Positions 1 through 9,489 of a stretch of DNA of 64,000 bases are shown here, piece after piece. The number at the start of each line of letters is the position of its first letter. Positions within the stretch are counted from its first letter, which is position 1. The stretch comes from an uncultured Verrucomicrobiota bacterium. GTDB lineage: Bacteria; Verrucomicrobiota; Kiritimatiellia; CAIVKH01. The notes under the pieces were generated by a model. The model was not told the DNA's origin, searched no databases, and saw nothing but the letters and a program-made list of their open reading frames with translations. A program made the position numbers and the translations under genes. The stretch spans positions 41,384 to 105,383 of the forward strand of contig CAZCZZ010000003.1 of assembly GCA_964503335.1 (NCBI GenBank). Reading direction: 5' to 3'.

Positions 1-91
1 GCTCATGGCGAGGCCCTTCGACTTCCACGCGCAACTTTCTTCTCGAAGTCGGCCGCAACACTTCGCAGCATACTGTTCCAGGAGTTTCCCT

Positions 92-1282
92 ATGAAGACT
101 TTGCTGTTCTTGATTCTACTGGCGGCGCTTTCGTGTGAAGCGAATTCGGTCACGGCAAGTGACGGGCAAAACGCGCCCGTATCCATTGGCGCGGGAGTCG
201 ACCCGTCGCTGGCAAACGAAGCCAGGGCGGCGATCTCCAGGGGCGTGAAGTGGTTGCTGGCCAAACAGAGCGAGGGCGGCTATTGGTCCAACGAGGATTT
301 CCCCGCGCTAACGGCTCTCCCCCTCTGGGCGCTGGTCAAGAGTGGCAGCGCCCCCGAGGATTCCATCGACAAGGCCGTTGCGTACATTCAGGGCGCCGTT
401 AACGACGACGGTTCCATCTGCCGTGTTCCCAAGGAAACAATCAAGGGCGGTGGACTCTGCAACTACAACACGGCGCTTTGCATGGTCGCACTGCATGCGA
501 CAGGGCGACCCGAACTGATCCCGGCGATTCAGAAGGCTCGCAGCTATGTCGCAGGTTCGCAGCACTTCGGAGACGATCTTTATCGCGGTGGAATGGGCTA
601 TGATCCGTCGACCGGTCGTCCCTACGCAGACCTATCGAATTCGTATCTCGCGTATGAAGCGATGCGACTGACTGAAAGCGTGGAAGACCTGCGCGCCGCC
701 GGTGACGCGCGCGCCGATCTCGACTGGGAAGCGGCGCAGCAGTTCGTCCAGCGCGTCCAGAATCTGCCGGGTCACAACGATCAAGCATGGGCTTCGGATG
801 CACCGGAGGAGAAGGGCGGCTTCGCCTACCGGCCCGATGCAAGCATGGCCGGCAGCGTAACCAACGAAGACGGAACCGTCCGCTTCCGTTCCTACGGCAG
901 CATGACCTACGCAGGACTGCTGAGCTTCATCTATGCGGAAGTTGACAGGGACGACCCGCGCGTTGCATCGGCTTTCGACTGGTCGCGCAACCACTGGACC
1001 GTTGCGGAAAATCCGGGCATGGGCAAACAGGGCCTCTACTACTTCTACAACGTCCTCTCGAAAGCCCTCGCTGCTTACGGACAGGATGTGATCGAGAAGG
1101 CAGACGGCACGAAAGTGAATTGGCGAGATGAGTTGATACGAACGTTGGTCGGGCTGCAGAAGACTGAGGCAGAAACAGGCCATGGATTCTGGGTCAACGA
1201 TGAAGGCCGCTGGTGGGAATCCGATCCCGTGCTGGTCACTTCGTATTCTCTCCTTGCTCTCGAAATCGCCCTTGGCGAATAG
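92..1282 (+). CDS. Secreted prenyltransferase / squalene-oxidase-repeat (terpenoid cyclase-like) protein. N-terminal signal peptide MKTLLFLILLAALSC. GGAG sits 9 nt upstream of the ATG at 92. The six-frame ORF begins upstream at 5.
   Basis: Signal peptide, then repeated Q/K-x-x-(D/E)GG-(W/F) motifs (KQSEGGYWSN, EKGGFAY) typical of PFTB/SQHop-cyclase repeats. The partial ORF at 63817 belongs to the same family. Family call is from motif recognition only. Confidence 0.5.
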   Translation: MKTLLFLILLAALSCEANSVTASDGQNAPVSIGAGVDPSLANEARAAISRGVKWLLAKQSEGGYWSNEDFPALTALPLWALVKSGSAPEDSIDKAVAYIQGAVNDDGSICRVPKETIKGGGLCNYNTALCMVALHATGRPELIPAIQKARSYVAGSQHFGDDLYRGGMGYDPSTGRPYADLSNSYLAYEAMRLTESVEDLRAAGDARADLDWEAAQQFVQRVQNLPGHNDQAWASDAPEEKGGFAYRPDASMAGSVTNEDGTVRFRSYGSMTYAGLLSFIYAEVDRDDPRVASAFDWSRNHWTVAENPGMGKQGLYYFYNVLSKALAAYGQDVIEKADGTKVNWRDELIRTLVGLQKTEAETGHGFWVNDEGRWWESDPVLVTSYSLLALEIALGE

Positions 1283-1303
1283 GCACCGGCCATCACGCGC
1301 CTC

Positions 1304-3130
1304 ATGAAACCACACTATTTCGGAACGTTTTCAGAACTGGGCATCGGCCAGGTCACGCCACGCGGCTGGATCCGGGAGTTGCTTGAGCGTCAACGCGACG
1401 GACTTGGACGAAACCACGCCGTATCCGGGTATCCATACGACACCCGTCTCTGGACTACAAAAATCCCTTCTCTGAATCCAAAGGGCAAGGGCTGGTGGCC
1501 CTACGAACAGACGGGCTATCTCGTCGATGGTTTACTGCGGCTCGGTCGCCTCGTCGGCGACGACTACCTCGCAAAGCTCGGGCACAAGAACATCGCTTAT
1601 GTGCTCGCCCGCCCTCACCCGAATGGTGCGCTGGGTCCACGTCACATCGGACCAACGCAATGGCCGAATGCGGTCTTCTTCCGGGCCATGATGGCGGAGT
1701 ACTCGGCAACGCGGGATCCAAGGATCCTCAAGGCGATGCAGCGCCACTTCCGCTCCCTACCCAAGGACTTCGGCCACGATCGCAACGTGTGTCTCGCGGA
1801 AGCCATGTGCTGGCTGTATTTCCAGACGGGTGACCGCAAGACGCTGGAAATCGCGAAGCGAGCCTATGCCACTTTCGAGGCCAAAAGGCCTCGCACCTGC
1901 ACGGTGAACCTGGTGTGCGACCATGCCATGGATGAGCATGGGGTCAGCTTCAATGAGATGGTGAAGATTCCCGTGCTGCTCTATCTGGCGACCGGAGAGC
2001 GCGCTTATCTCGAACCTGCACTTCATGCGTACCGGAAGGTGGATCGTTATCACATGACGGCGAGCGGACTCCACAGCGCCCGGGAGCGACTCGAATCGCG
2101 ATCCAGCCGGGAACTGCATGAGACATGCTGCGTGACCGACTATACGTGGAGCCTCGGCTACCTGCTCATGGCCACGGGCGACGCCGACTGGGCCGACCAT
2201 ATCGAGAAGGCCGTTTTTAATGCGGGCCTGGGTTCCATCACGAAGGATTTCAAAGCGCACCAGTATTTCTCGTCGCCGAACCAGATGATCGCCACCAGCA
2301 CAAGCAGCTGGGAAACGTTTCATCACAAGTCACGCTGCGCCTACAAGCCCGGGCACGAAGTCGAATGTTGCACGGGCAATGTACATCGATTCCTTCCGAA
2401 CTACGCGTCGCGCATGTGGATGAAGACATCGGATGGAGGCCTCGCCGCAACGCTATACGGACCATGCGAAGTCAGCCACGACGGCATCTGGATCGTCGAG
2501 TCGACGAACTATCCGTTCAGCGACGACATCTTGTTCCATGTCCATGTCACGAAACCGCGTCGCTTCCCCCTTCATCTTCGCATTCCGAAATGGTGTGATG
2601 CATCCGAAATTCTCGTGAATGGCCGGCCACTGCGTGCAAGGCCGAAACCAGGTTCATTCGAAGTTATCGAACGCACCTTTAGCGACGGCGACCTGATCAC
2701 GCTGCGACTTCCGGCTCATATCACTGCACACACTTGGCCGCGTCGAGGATTGTCGCTCGAACGCGGACCGCTTGTATTCAGCCTGCCTGTGGAGTCTACG
2801 ACGAGACGTTCCCGCGTCGCTCCGAAGCAGTCCAGGGAACTCCCCGCCTGGGAAATGACACCGAAGTCGGCCTGGAATTTCGGACTGCCTGTGGAACCGG
2901 CTGTTAAGGCGCGGCTCAAGCGGGTCAAGACGAATGGCTTCCCGTGGGAGGTGTCTCCCGTGGAGATTTCGGTTCCCGCCCGTTCGATCCCCAACTGGAA
3001 GTTGCCGGCCGACGGAACGGTTCCCGATCTGCCCGAGCGCCCCAAGGCGGCCAAGGCAAGAAAGCGCATCAGACTGATTCCTTACGGCGCAACGACGCTC
3101 CGCGTCACCGTGTTTCCCACGGCCACCTAG
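1304..3130 (+). CDS. DUF1680 / glycoside hydrolase family 127-like protein (beta-L-arabinofuranosidase-like).
   Basis: 608 aa ORF with Glu/Cys-rich motifs LHETCCVTDY and HEVECCTGNVHRF, resembling the Zn-binding Cys/Glu cluster of the GH127 family. Starts 22 nt after the upstream gene's stop. Confidence 0.5.
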   Translation: MKPHYFGTFSELGIGQVTPRGWIRELLERQRDGLGRNHAVSGYPYDTRLWTTKIPSLNPKGKGWWPYEQTGYLVDGLLRLGRLVGDDYLAKLGHKNIAYVLARPHPNGALGPRHIGPTQWPNAVFFRAMMAEYSATRDPRILKAMQRHFRSLPKDFGHDRNVCLAEAMCWLYFQTGDRKTLEIAKRAYATFEAKRPRTCTVNLVCDHAMDEHGVSFNEMVKIPVLLYLATGERAYLEPALHAYRKVDRYHMTASGLHSARERLESRSSRELHETCCVTDYTWSLGYLLMATGDADWADHIEKAVFNAGLGSITKDFKAHQYFSSPNQMIATSTSSWETFHHKSRCAYKPGHEVECCTGNVHRFLPNYASRMWMKTSDGGLAATLYGPCEVSHDGIWIVESTNYPFSDDILFHVHVTKPRRFPLHLRIPKWCDASEILVNGRPLRARPKPGSFEVIERTFSDGDLITLRLPAHITAHTWPRRGLSLERGPLVFSLPVESTTRRSRVAPKQSRELPAWEMTPKSAWNFGLPVEPAVKARLKRVKTNGFPWEVSPVEISVPARSIPNWKLPADGTVPDLPERPKAAKARKRIRLIPYGATTLRVTVFPTAT

Positions 3131-3134
3131 CAGC

Positions 3135-4070
3135 CTACTGGTCTCGCGGCCTCTTCGCATTCCAGCCGATGTCGACGTACTGCCAGTCGACACGGTCTTT
3201 GCGGAGCGTCAGTACGCCATAGCCCTCTTGCGTCCCATGCCACGGACCGCGCCAGTACTGCGCGCAGACTGCACCACCCGTGATGAATGTCGTCCTTCCC
3301 CACCGAAGCATTTCATCCACGTGGAGATGACCCTGCAGGACGAGCATAAGATTATGCTTTGCGAACAGGTTCAAGACCTCGCGATTGTTCACAACGACAC
3401 GGTTGGCGGGTGCCGGCTCCGTCGCAGCCTTCGTAGCCATGAAGAAGCCGGTCATCAGGGGAAGATGCGACATCAGGATGATGGGCGTCACTTCATCCGT
3501 GCGGCTGAGTTCGTCTTCGAGCCAGTCCACCTGCAGTTGGTTTATGTAGCCGCGGTATTTCAAGTCGTCGGACGTGATCTCGATCGAATCGAGGATGAAG
3601 ATGCGGTAGCCACCAGCGTCGACGCTTCGGTAAGTACGGTCGAGCTTCATACGAGAGAGGAAGCTGCCCCGGGGCTCGTCCGCCGGCTTCGATCCGTCAT
3701 CCGGCTGCACGGCGACAAGGTCATGATTCCCGAGCATCGCTTCGACACGCGGCTTGATCTGGTCGTGCAGCACACTCATGTAGGCATCCCATCGTGGCTC
3801 AACGATTGACGCGGACGACTGGTATCCGTCCGTAATGAGATCTCCACCCGCGAGAACCAGATCAGCAGACTGTTCATTGATCGAACGCGCCGTCATTTCC
3901 ATGGCAACCGGGGTGTCCCACTCCGTCCGGGCATGAACATCGGTGTAGAAGACCAAGCGCAGTGGCGAATCGACGCCGGACGTCGCGGCCCAGGTTGCAG
4001 ACACCGGCAAGGCGGCGTGGGCAGTCACAGCCAGGCCCGTTGAGTGGAGGAATCTACGTCTTGTCCACAT
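3135..4070 (-). CDS. Calcineurin-like metallophosphoesterase with twin-arginine (TAT) signal.
   Basis: MWTRRRFLHSTGLAV TAT motif. Phosphoesterase motifs include VFYTDVH, GGDLITDG, GNHD and GHLH. GAGG lies upstream of the ATG at 4070. The ORF track extends to 4151. Confidence 0.7.
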   Translation of the reverse strand: MWTRRRFLHSTGLAVTAHAALPVSATWAATSGVDSPLRLVFYTDVHARTEWDTPVAMEMTARSINEQSADLVLAGGDLITDGYQSSASIVEPRWDAYMSVLHDQIKPRVEAMLGNHDLVAVQPDDGSKPADEPRGSFLSRMKLDRTYRSVDAGGYRIFILDSIEITSDDLKYRGYINQLQVDWLEDELSRTDEVTPIILMSHLPLMTGFFMATKAATEPAPANRVVVNNREVLNLFAKHNLMLVLQGHLHVDEMLRWGRTTFITGGAVCAQYWRGPWHGTQEGYGVLTLRKDRVDWQYVDIGWNAKRPRDQ

Positions 4071-5316
4071 GGTGAAACCTCGTTCGCACCGCAGCGCGCT
4101 CCAACGCGAAGATAGCCGCGATAACGAGGAGCAACAAGGCCTGAAGTTCACGCTCGGAGAACGACGTGATCAGATGGCCGCTAACGGGACTTGTGTACTT
4201 CGAGGATGTATCCGCGAACGCTGTCACGGCGGATTGTATCTCGGGCTTCCAGGCGTAGGCGGTAGCTGCGGCGAAGGTCTGAGGCATGAAGGTGTCCACG
4301 ATCTGTTGCTCGCGGTAAGCGATCGTGGCGTGGTACTTCAGCGCTGCTGCATCGGCCATCGTGCGCTTTGCGCTCGCCACATGCATATCGCGGCGAAACA
4401 ACCTGACCCTCAGCTCGTAGAGAAACGGATCGCTGAGCGGCCCGTACCGGCTGAGCATAACGTCGTATCCCCGCCGGTTCTGGTGCTGGTTGAGAAGTTC
4501 ACCTCTCCACGCGGGTTCGCGTCCGTCTTCCTGCCGGATCTGCTCCAGGCTCAATCGTGATGAAAATGCAGCTCCATCGATGCGATGCCTGTAGCCATAT
4601 TCCGCCATCAAGTCGCCATCGGCGACCTTCAGCCACGCCGGAAGCCATTGGGTCTTCGCGCATTGATCCTGCCGTTGGAGGGTATTCGAACTGAACGCAA
4701 GGAGGATGGCGAAGAAGACCATGCCCAAGCGGGCCGTTGTACGGATTGACTGGACAGTCACAGGACTTCCCCCGCATTTCGGGCGGAGGCCCAGTGCGAG
4801 GGCAAGCTGCATGAGGACGCCTCCCGCGACATTGACCCAGATGTCCCGGAAGTCAAAGAACCGCCGCGGCACAAGCCACTGGATCATCTCATCGATCGCC
4901 CCAAGGCTGGCACATGCGAACGAAGCAGCAACGAAGACCAGCACATTTCGATTGCGGTGTATGAGTGCGCGATAGAGAAGCAGGCTCAACACGCCGTACT
5001 CTACGAAATGCACAGCTTCTTCCGGGTTATGTCGAAGGTGATACGTCCCCGCGCCGTACGCGCACGCGACGGCAGCCAGCGAAAGGATATTCCTGAAGTT
5101 TCCACCGCCGCCTGCACGCAACGACCTGAAGGCCAATGCAATCCCGGCCGCGATGCTGACGACAACGAAGATGAGAAACGCATCCCGGCCCCATGTCGCA
5201 TAGACAAAGCGCTGAATCTCGCGACCGAAGAATATCGTGACGTAAATGACCAGCGTCCAGATGGCAACGAATAGCCACGAGGCCGTCCTGTTCTCGCGCG
5301 GTGGAAGATCAAGCAT
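4054..5316 (-). CDS. Membrane protein with a VanZ-like N-terminal domain and a ~250-aa uncharacterised C-terminal domain (paralog 1).
   Basis: Multi-TM N-terminus with an HFVEYGVLSLLLY motif resembling the VanZ family. C-terminal TM helix. ~35% identity to the neighbouring ORF 5309..6562. Confidence 0.45.
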   Translation of the reverse strand: MLDLPPRENRTASWLFVAIWTLVIYVTIFFGREIQRFVYATWGRDAFLIFVVVSIAAGIALAFRSLRAGGGGNFRNILSLAAVACAYGAGTYHLRHNPEEAVHFVEYGVLSLLLYRALIHRNRNVLVFVAASFACASLGAIDEMIQWLVPRRFFDFRDIWVNVAGGVLMQLALALGLRPKCGGSPVTVQSIRTTARLGMVFFAILLAFSSNTLQRQDQCAKTQWLPAWLKVADGDLMAEYGYRHRIDGAAFSSRLSLEQIRQEDGREPAWRGELLNQHQNRRGYDVMLSRYGPLSDPFLYELRVRLFRRDMHVASAKRTMADAAALKYHATIAYREQQIVDTFMPQTFAAATAYAWKPEIQSAVTAFADTSSKYTSPVSGHLITSFSERELQALLLLVIAAIFALERAAVRTRFHHVDKT

Positions 5317-6562
5317 GGGCGGCGTGTGGCGGACGCAACTTCCACCATGCGGTGACTGACAGGACGAGGAGTGTGGCCAGCAATCCGACGAGGACTGCTT
5401 CCGACATCACCGTGATCAGGTGTTCCCCCACCGGGCTCACGTAGTGGTCATCGCTCTTCATGCCGTCCCGGATTTGCTTCCGCGAGTGAGGCGCGAATAC
5501 AGCGCCCGCAGCGGCCAGTGTGTTCGAGAAATACCGTTCAAGGATCTGGTTCTCCTTATAGGCCACCATCATGTGGAACTTGTACATCTCATTCGTCGCG
5601 CCGTGTTTGAACGACGCAAGGTAGTAGTGGTCCCTGCGGTAGAGGCGCACACGGCATTCGCGCGCAAATGCATCGACCGCCGGTGTATAGCGCCGGAGGA
5701 ACCCATCGTAATCCCTTGATTTGATGTTCTCCGCGAGCAGCAGTCCCACCTCCGCGGCGCGTGCCTGGTCCATCGCGATCACCTGGTCTCGCGTAAACCG
5801 GGAGTAGAAGGTGCCAATGTCATCGTCATGCAGCTTATAGCCGTACTCCGTCATGACGTTGTTGTTATCGGCGAGGTAATCCAGCGGCGGGAATTTCTGC
5901 GTATACCAGGCGATGGCTTGAGGCGTGTTCGAAAGGCAGGCCATGAAGAGCGCTGTGTGCAAGGCGATGAGACCGGCCAGGATCCGACACGATGCGCGAT
6001 CCGTCCGGAGTCGGATGAACGGAGGGCGCACACCGAGCGCGATGGCGAGCTGAGATAGGCACGCCGCCGTGGCGTTCCATCCGATGTCGCGCAGGTCATA
6101 GATGCGCGTCGCGTTCACCCACTGGAGGATTTCGTCGTACGTCCCGATGCATGAGCACAGCAGCACGGTGCAGGGATAGATGAGTACGTTGTGGATTCTG
6201 TGGCTGAACGCCCGGAAAGTCACGAGGCCAAGGAAGCCGTACTCAAGGAAATGAAGCGACTCCTGCGGCGACTTGATCTTGAACAGGCTGAAGTAGGCGA
6301 AAAGACCTACAATGAATACGAGAGCTGTCAGACGCGATTTGGACAATCGTCCTTGCTGGAGGACGTTCAGTCGGATGGCCACGGCCGCCGCGATGACGGT
6401 GACCACGACGGTGATATAGATCAGGACCCGCTTGTCCGTGGCGTCGGCCAGTTCACGCAGCAGCGGGCGCGTGAGCGGCGCGATAACGATGATGAATACG
6501 CTCCACAGCCCGAATACCAACCAGGCCAGCCATGGCTTTTCGCGTGGGTGCTCCTGAAACAC
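5309..6562 (-). CDS. Membrane protein with a VanZ-like N-terminal domain (paralog 2). Probably GTG-initiated.
   Basis: HFLEYGFLGLVTFRAF motif. Same architecture as 4054..5316. Its stop overlaps the next gene's start by 8 nt. Confidence 0.45.
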   Translation of the reverse strand: MFQEHPREKPWLAWLVFGLWSVFIIVIAPLTRPLLRELADATDKRVLIYITVVVTVIAAAVAIRLNVLQQGRLSKSRLTALVFIVGLFAYFSLFKIKSPQESLHFLEYGFLGLVTFRAFSHRIHNVLIYPCTVLLCSCIGTYDEILQWVNATRIYDLRDIGWNATAACLSQLAIALGVRPPFIRLRTDRASCRILAGLIALHTALFMACLSNTPQAIAWYTQKFPPLDYLADNNNVMTEYGYKLHDDDIGTFYSRFTRDQVIAMDQARAAEVGLLLAENIKSRDYDGFLRRYTPAVDAFARECRVRLYRRDHYYLASFKHGATNEMYKFHMMVAYKENQILERYFSNTLAAAGAVFAPHSRKQIRDGMKSDDHYVSPVGEHLITVMSEAVLVGLLATLLVLSVTAWWKLRPPHAAHA

Positions 6563-6611
6563 GACATCACTGTCGCCTCAGTCAACACACTTTGTAAAGC
6601 AAGGACGACTG

Positions 6612-8138
6612 CTAGACGCGTCGCGACTGTTCCGCGAGATGACGCATGAGCTTCACCATGTCGGGAGTCAACATGTCCCACGTGAAGCGCCAGCGCCAGT
6701 TGTTGCTGGTTGTCCCGGGAACATTCATGCGCGCTTCAGTACCAAGTCCCATGACATCCTGGAGCGGCACGACCGCCGTATTGGCGTTCGAGCGGAACGC
6801 CAGCGCGATCATGTCCCAGTGGATCTGCGATCCATCCGTGCCAAGATAATCGAGGATCTGGCGACGCTCCTTGTCGATGTCCGCTTGACTCCGCGTCGTC
6901 CCTGCCCCGGCCTGGCTGTTGAACCAGCCGACCGTTGTGTCGTTGTCATGGGTACCGGTGTAGACGCAGCAGTTGGTCGGGTAGCTCTCCGGTTTGTAGT
7001 CCGCCGCCTTTGCATCGTTTCCAAACGCGAACTGAAGGACGCGCATGCCCGGGAAGTGGAAATGGTCGCGCAGGGCCTCGACCGGAGGCGTAATGATGCC
7101 AAGGTCCTCGGCAATGATCGGCATCTTGCCGAGCGCCCTCTCAAGCGCCACGAACAGGTCGGCCTCCGGACCCTTGACCCACTTGCCGTTGATTGCCGTC
7201 TCCGCGTTACCGGGGATTTCCCAGTACGCTTCGAAACCGCGGAAATGGTCGATGCGAACAATGTCCACGCTGGCGAGGACATGGCGCATGCGGTCGATCC
7301 ACCACGCGTAGCCCGTTTCCTTGTGCTTGTTCCAGCGGTAGAGCGGATTGCCCCAAAGCTGGCCTGTGGCACTGAAGTAGTCCGGCGGCACACCCGCCAC
7401 GACGCTGCACGTTCCATCGGTCTCGATGTAGAAGAGTTCCGGCCGCGCCCAGACATCGGCGCTGTCGTGCGCGACAAAGATCGGAATGTCACCGACCAGC
7501 TTGACGCCCTTGCTGTTCGCATAGGCGCGAAGACGCTTCCACTGGCTGTCGAAAAGGTATTGCTGGATCTTGGTGTAACGAATCATCGTCGCATGACGCT
7601 CGCGAGCAAGGGCCATCGCATGCGGGTCACGGCGAACGAGGCCAGGCTCCCATGTGTGCCAGGGATGCAACTCGTGCGCTTCCTTCAACGCCATGAACAG
7701 GGCGAAGTCTTCCAGCCACGCCTTCTGGGCTTCGCAGAATGCCTCGAATTCCGCCTTCTGCTGCGCTGAGGCATGACTGTCGAAGGTGCGGCATACGGTC
7801 TTGAGGACTGCCTTGCGCGCCGGAATCACGTTGCCGTAGTCCACCAGGTAGTCGTCGAACTTCGGGAACCGCGCCAGGCGCGAGCGGTTCAACAGGCCAT
7901 CATCAACCAGCAGGTCGAAGCTGATCCAGAGCGGGTTGCCCGCAAATGTCGAGAAGCACTGGTACGGCGAATCCCCGTATCCCGTCACCCCGTTCGGCAG
8001 GATCTGCCAGAGATGCATGCCCATTTCGACGAGTTTATCGACCCAAGCATAGGCGTGAGGACCCATCTCCCCGATTCCATACGGGCCGGGGAGAGACGTG
8101 GTGTGACAAAGAACGCCGGCGGCGCGGGAGAAGTTCAT
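6612..8138 (-). CDS. malQ: 4-alpha-glucanotransferase (amylomaltase, GH77).
   Basis: 508 aa. N-terminal GVLCHTTSLPGPYGIGEMG, then GDIPIFVAHDSADVW and IDHFRGFEAYWEIP, all characteristic of the MalQ/disproportionating-enzyme family. Confidence 0.85.
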   Translation of the reverse strand: MNFSRAAGVLCHTTSLPGPYGIGEMGPHAYAWVDKLVEMGMHLWQILPNGVTGYGDSPYQCFSTFAGNPLWISFDLLVDDGLLNRSRLARFPKFDDYLVDYGNVIPARKAVLKTVCRTFDSHASAQQKAEFEAFCEAQKAWLEDFALFMALKEAHELHPWHTWEPGLVRRDPHAMALARERHATMIRYTKIQQYLFDSQWKRLRAYANSKGVKLVGDIPIFVAHDSADVWARPELFYIETDGTCSVVAGVPPDYFSATGQLWGNPLYRWNKHKETGYAWWIDRMRHVLASVDIVRIDHFRGFEAYWEIPGNAETAINGKWVKGPEADLFVALERALGKMPIIAEDLGIITPPVEALRDHFHFPGMRVLQFAFGNDAKAADYKPESYPTNCCVYTGTHDNDTTVGWFNSQAGAGTTRSQADIDKERRQILDYLGTDGSQIHWDMIALAFRSNANTAVVPLQDVMGLGTEARMNVPGTTSNNWRWRFTWDMLTPDMVKLMRHLAEQSRRV

Positions 8139-8255
8139 GCGAATGGGTACTCCTGGTTAAAAATGACCGCGTTTCGTACAAGGCTTTGCAGGCCTTGTCG
8201 ATACGATTTTTGGCATGCGGGAAAGCCTGATGGCGGTCGCTGGCACCCGTTCCAA

Positions 8256-9479
8256 CTAGTGCTCGAACGACAGGCGGACGCCCCGTCGCATGAATGTCGG
8301 TATGTCCAGGTCCTCGCCTTTGTAGACCGTGGGCTCGACGCCTTTGAAGCGGTCCTTGTCGAAGCGCTCAAAGACGAGTTCACCCTGCTCTCCTGAAGCC
8401 TTGCCACTTCGGGGCACGGCGGTTGCGATGCCGTCGAGCAGCGGCTCCGCAGGCTCGGAACCCTTGGTCTTCGGCGCTGCGGCACGCTTGTTTTCAAGCC
8501 AGTTCTCGGACACGAGCACGGTGACTGAGATGCGGTCGCGGAACGCCGGATCGATGATGGCGCCGAAAAAGAAGTGGCAGCCCGGCCGGACCATGCTCTG
8601 GATCTGGCCTGTGAGTCCTTGCATATCCGCAAGCGTCAGATCCGGTCCGCCCGTGATATTTACAAGCACACCGGATGCCTCCGCGAGGAGGCGTCCCTTC
8701 TCCAGTAATGGATTCTCGAGGAGCTGCTGCAGCACCACGGACCCGCGCGCGGAACCCGTCGCCTCGCTGTACGCATAAGCACACACGCCCCCGCTCCGCT
8801 CAGCAAGCGTGCGAACGTCGGCGAAGTCGAGGTTGATCACGCCGGCCTGTGACAGCAGCCGCCACAAGCCATGGATCCCCTTTCCCAGCATCTCATCGGC
8901 GGTGCGGAAGGCCTCTTCTACGCCAGCCTGCTGATCCACGACTTCGATCAATCGGGCATTCGGGAGACAAACCACGACATCTGCGACTTTCTGCAGGCTC
9001 TTGAGGCCTTCTTCTGCCACCCGCCTGCGGCGGTCGCCTTCAAACGGAAAGGGCATTGTCACAAAGCAAAGGGTCAGGATGCCCAGCTTCCGGGCGGCAT
9101 CCACCACGACAGGTCCCGCACCTGTTCCCGTTCCTCCGCCAAGCCCGGTGACGAGAAAGAGGAGATCCACCGAAGCGAGAAGCTCCTGGATTGCCTCAAG
9201 GCTCTCCTCGGCCGCCAAGCGACCCACCATGACTTCGCCGGCCGCACCAAGTCCGTGCGTGGTTTCCTTGCCGATCGGGATACACCGCTGTGCAGTGCAC
9301 GCGGAAAGGGCCTGCGAGTCCGTATTCATCGCGATGACGGGCGGGCCCTGCTTCCACGTCTCAGACATGCGCGCGACGGTATTGCAGCCCGCCCCGCCAA
9401 GGCCAAGCACAAGGATGCGGCAGCGCGGTGTGACACTGGAAACGTGGAACAGTCGATCAGGTGTTTCGGGACCGGGCAT
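8256..9479 (-). CDS. ftsZ: Cell division GTPase FtsZ.
   Basis: Tubulin signature GGGTGTGAGP. C-terminal conserved peptide DLDIPTFMRRG. AAGGAG Shine-Dalgarno 8 nt upstream of the ATG at 9479. The ORF track's 9500 is a TTG. Confidence 0.9.
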   Translation of the reverse strand: MPGPETPDRLFHVSSVTPRCRILVLGLGGAGCNTVARMSETWKQGPPVIAMNTDSQALSACTAQRCIPIGKETTHGLGAAGEVMVGRLAAEESLEAIQELLASVDLLFLVTGLGGGTGTGAGPVVVDAARKLGILTLCFVTMPFPFEGDRRRRVAEEGLKSLQKVADVVVCLPNARLIEVVDQQAGVEEAFRTADEMLGKGIHGLWRLLSQAGVINLDFADVRTLAERSGGVCAYAYSEATGSARGSVVLQQLLENPLLEKGRLLAEASGVLVNITGGPDLTLADMQGLTGQIQSMVRPGCHFFFGAIIDPAFRDRISVTVLVSENWLENKRAAAPKTKGSEPAEPLLDGIATAVPRSGKASGEQGELVFERFDKDRFKGVEPTVYKGEDLDIPTFMRRGVRLSFEH

Positions 9480-9489
9480 GGTCTTCTCC

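Noticed and set aside
6639-7769. 376-aa plus-strand ORF
   Set aside because: Antisense to malQ, which has strong family motifs. Composition-driven artefact.
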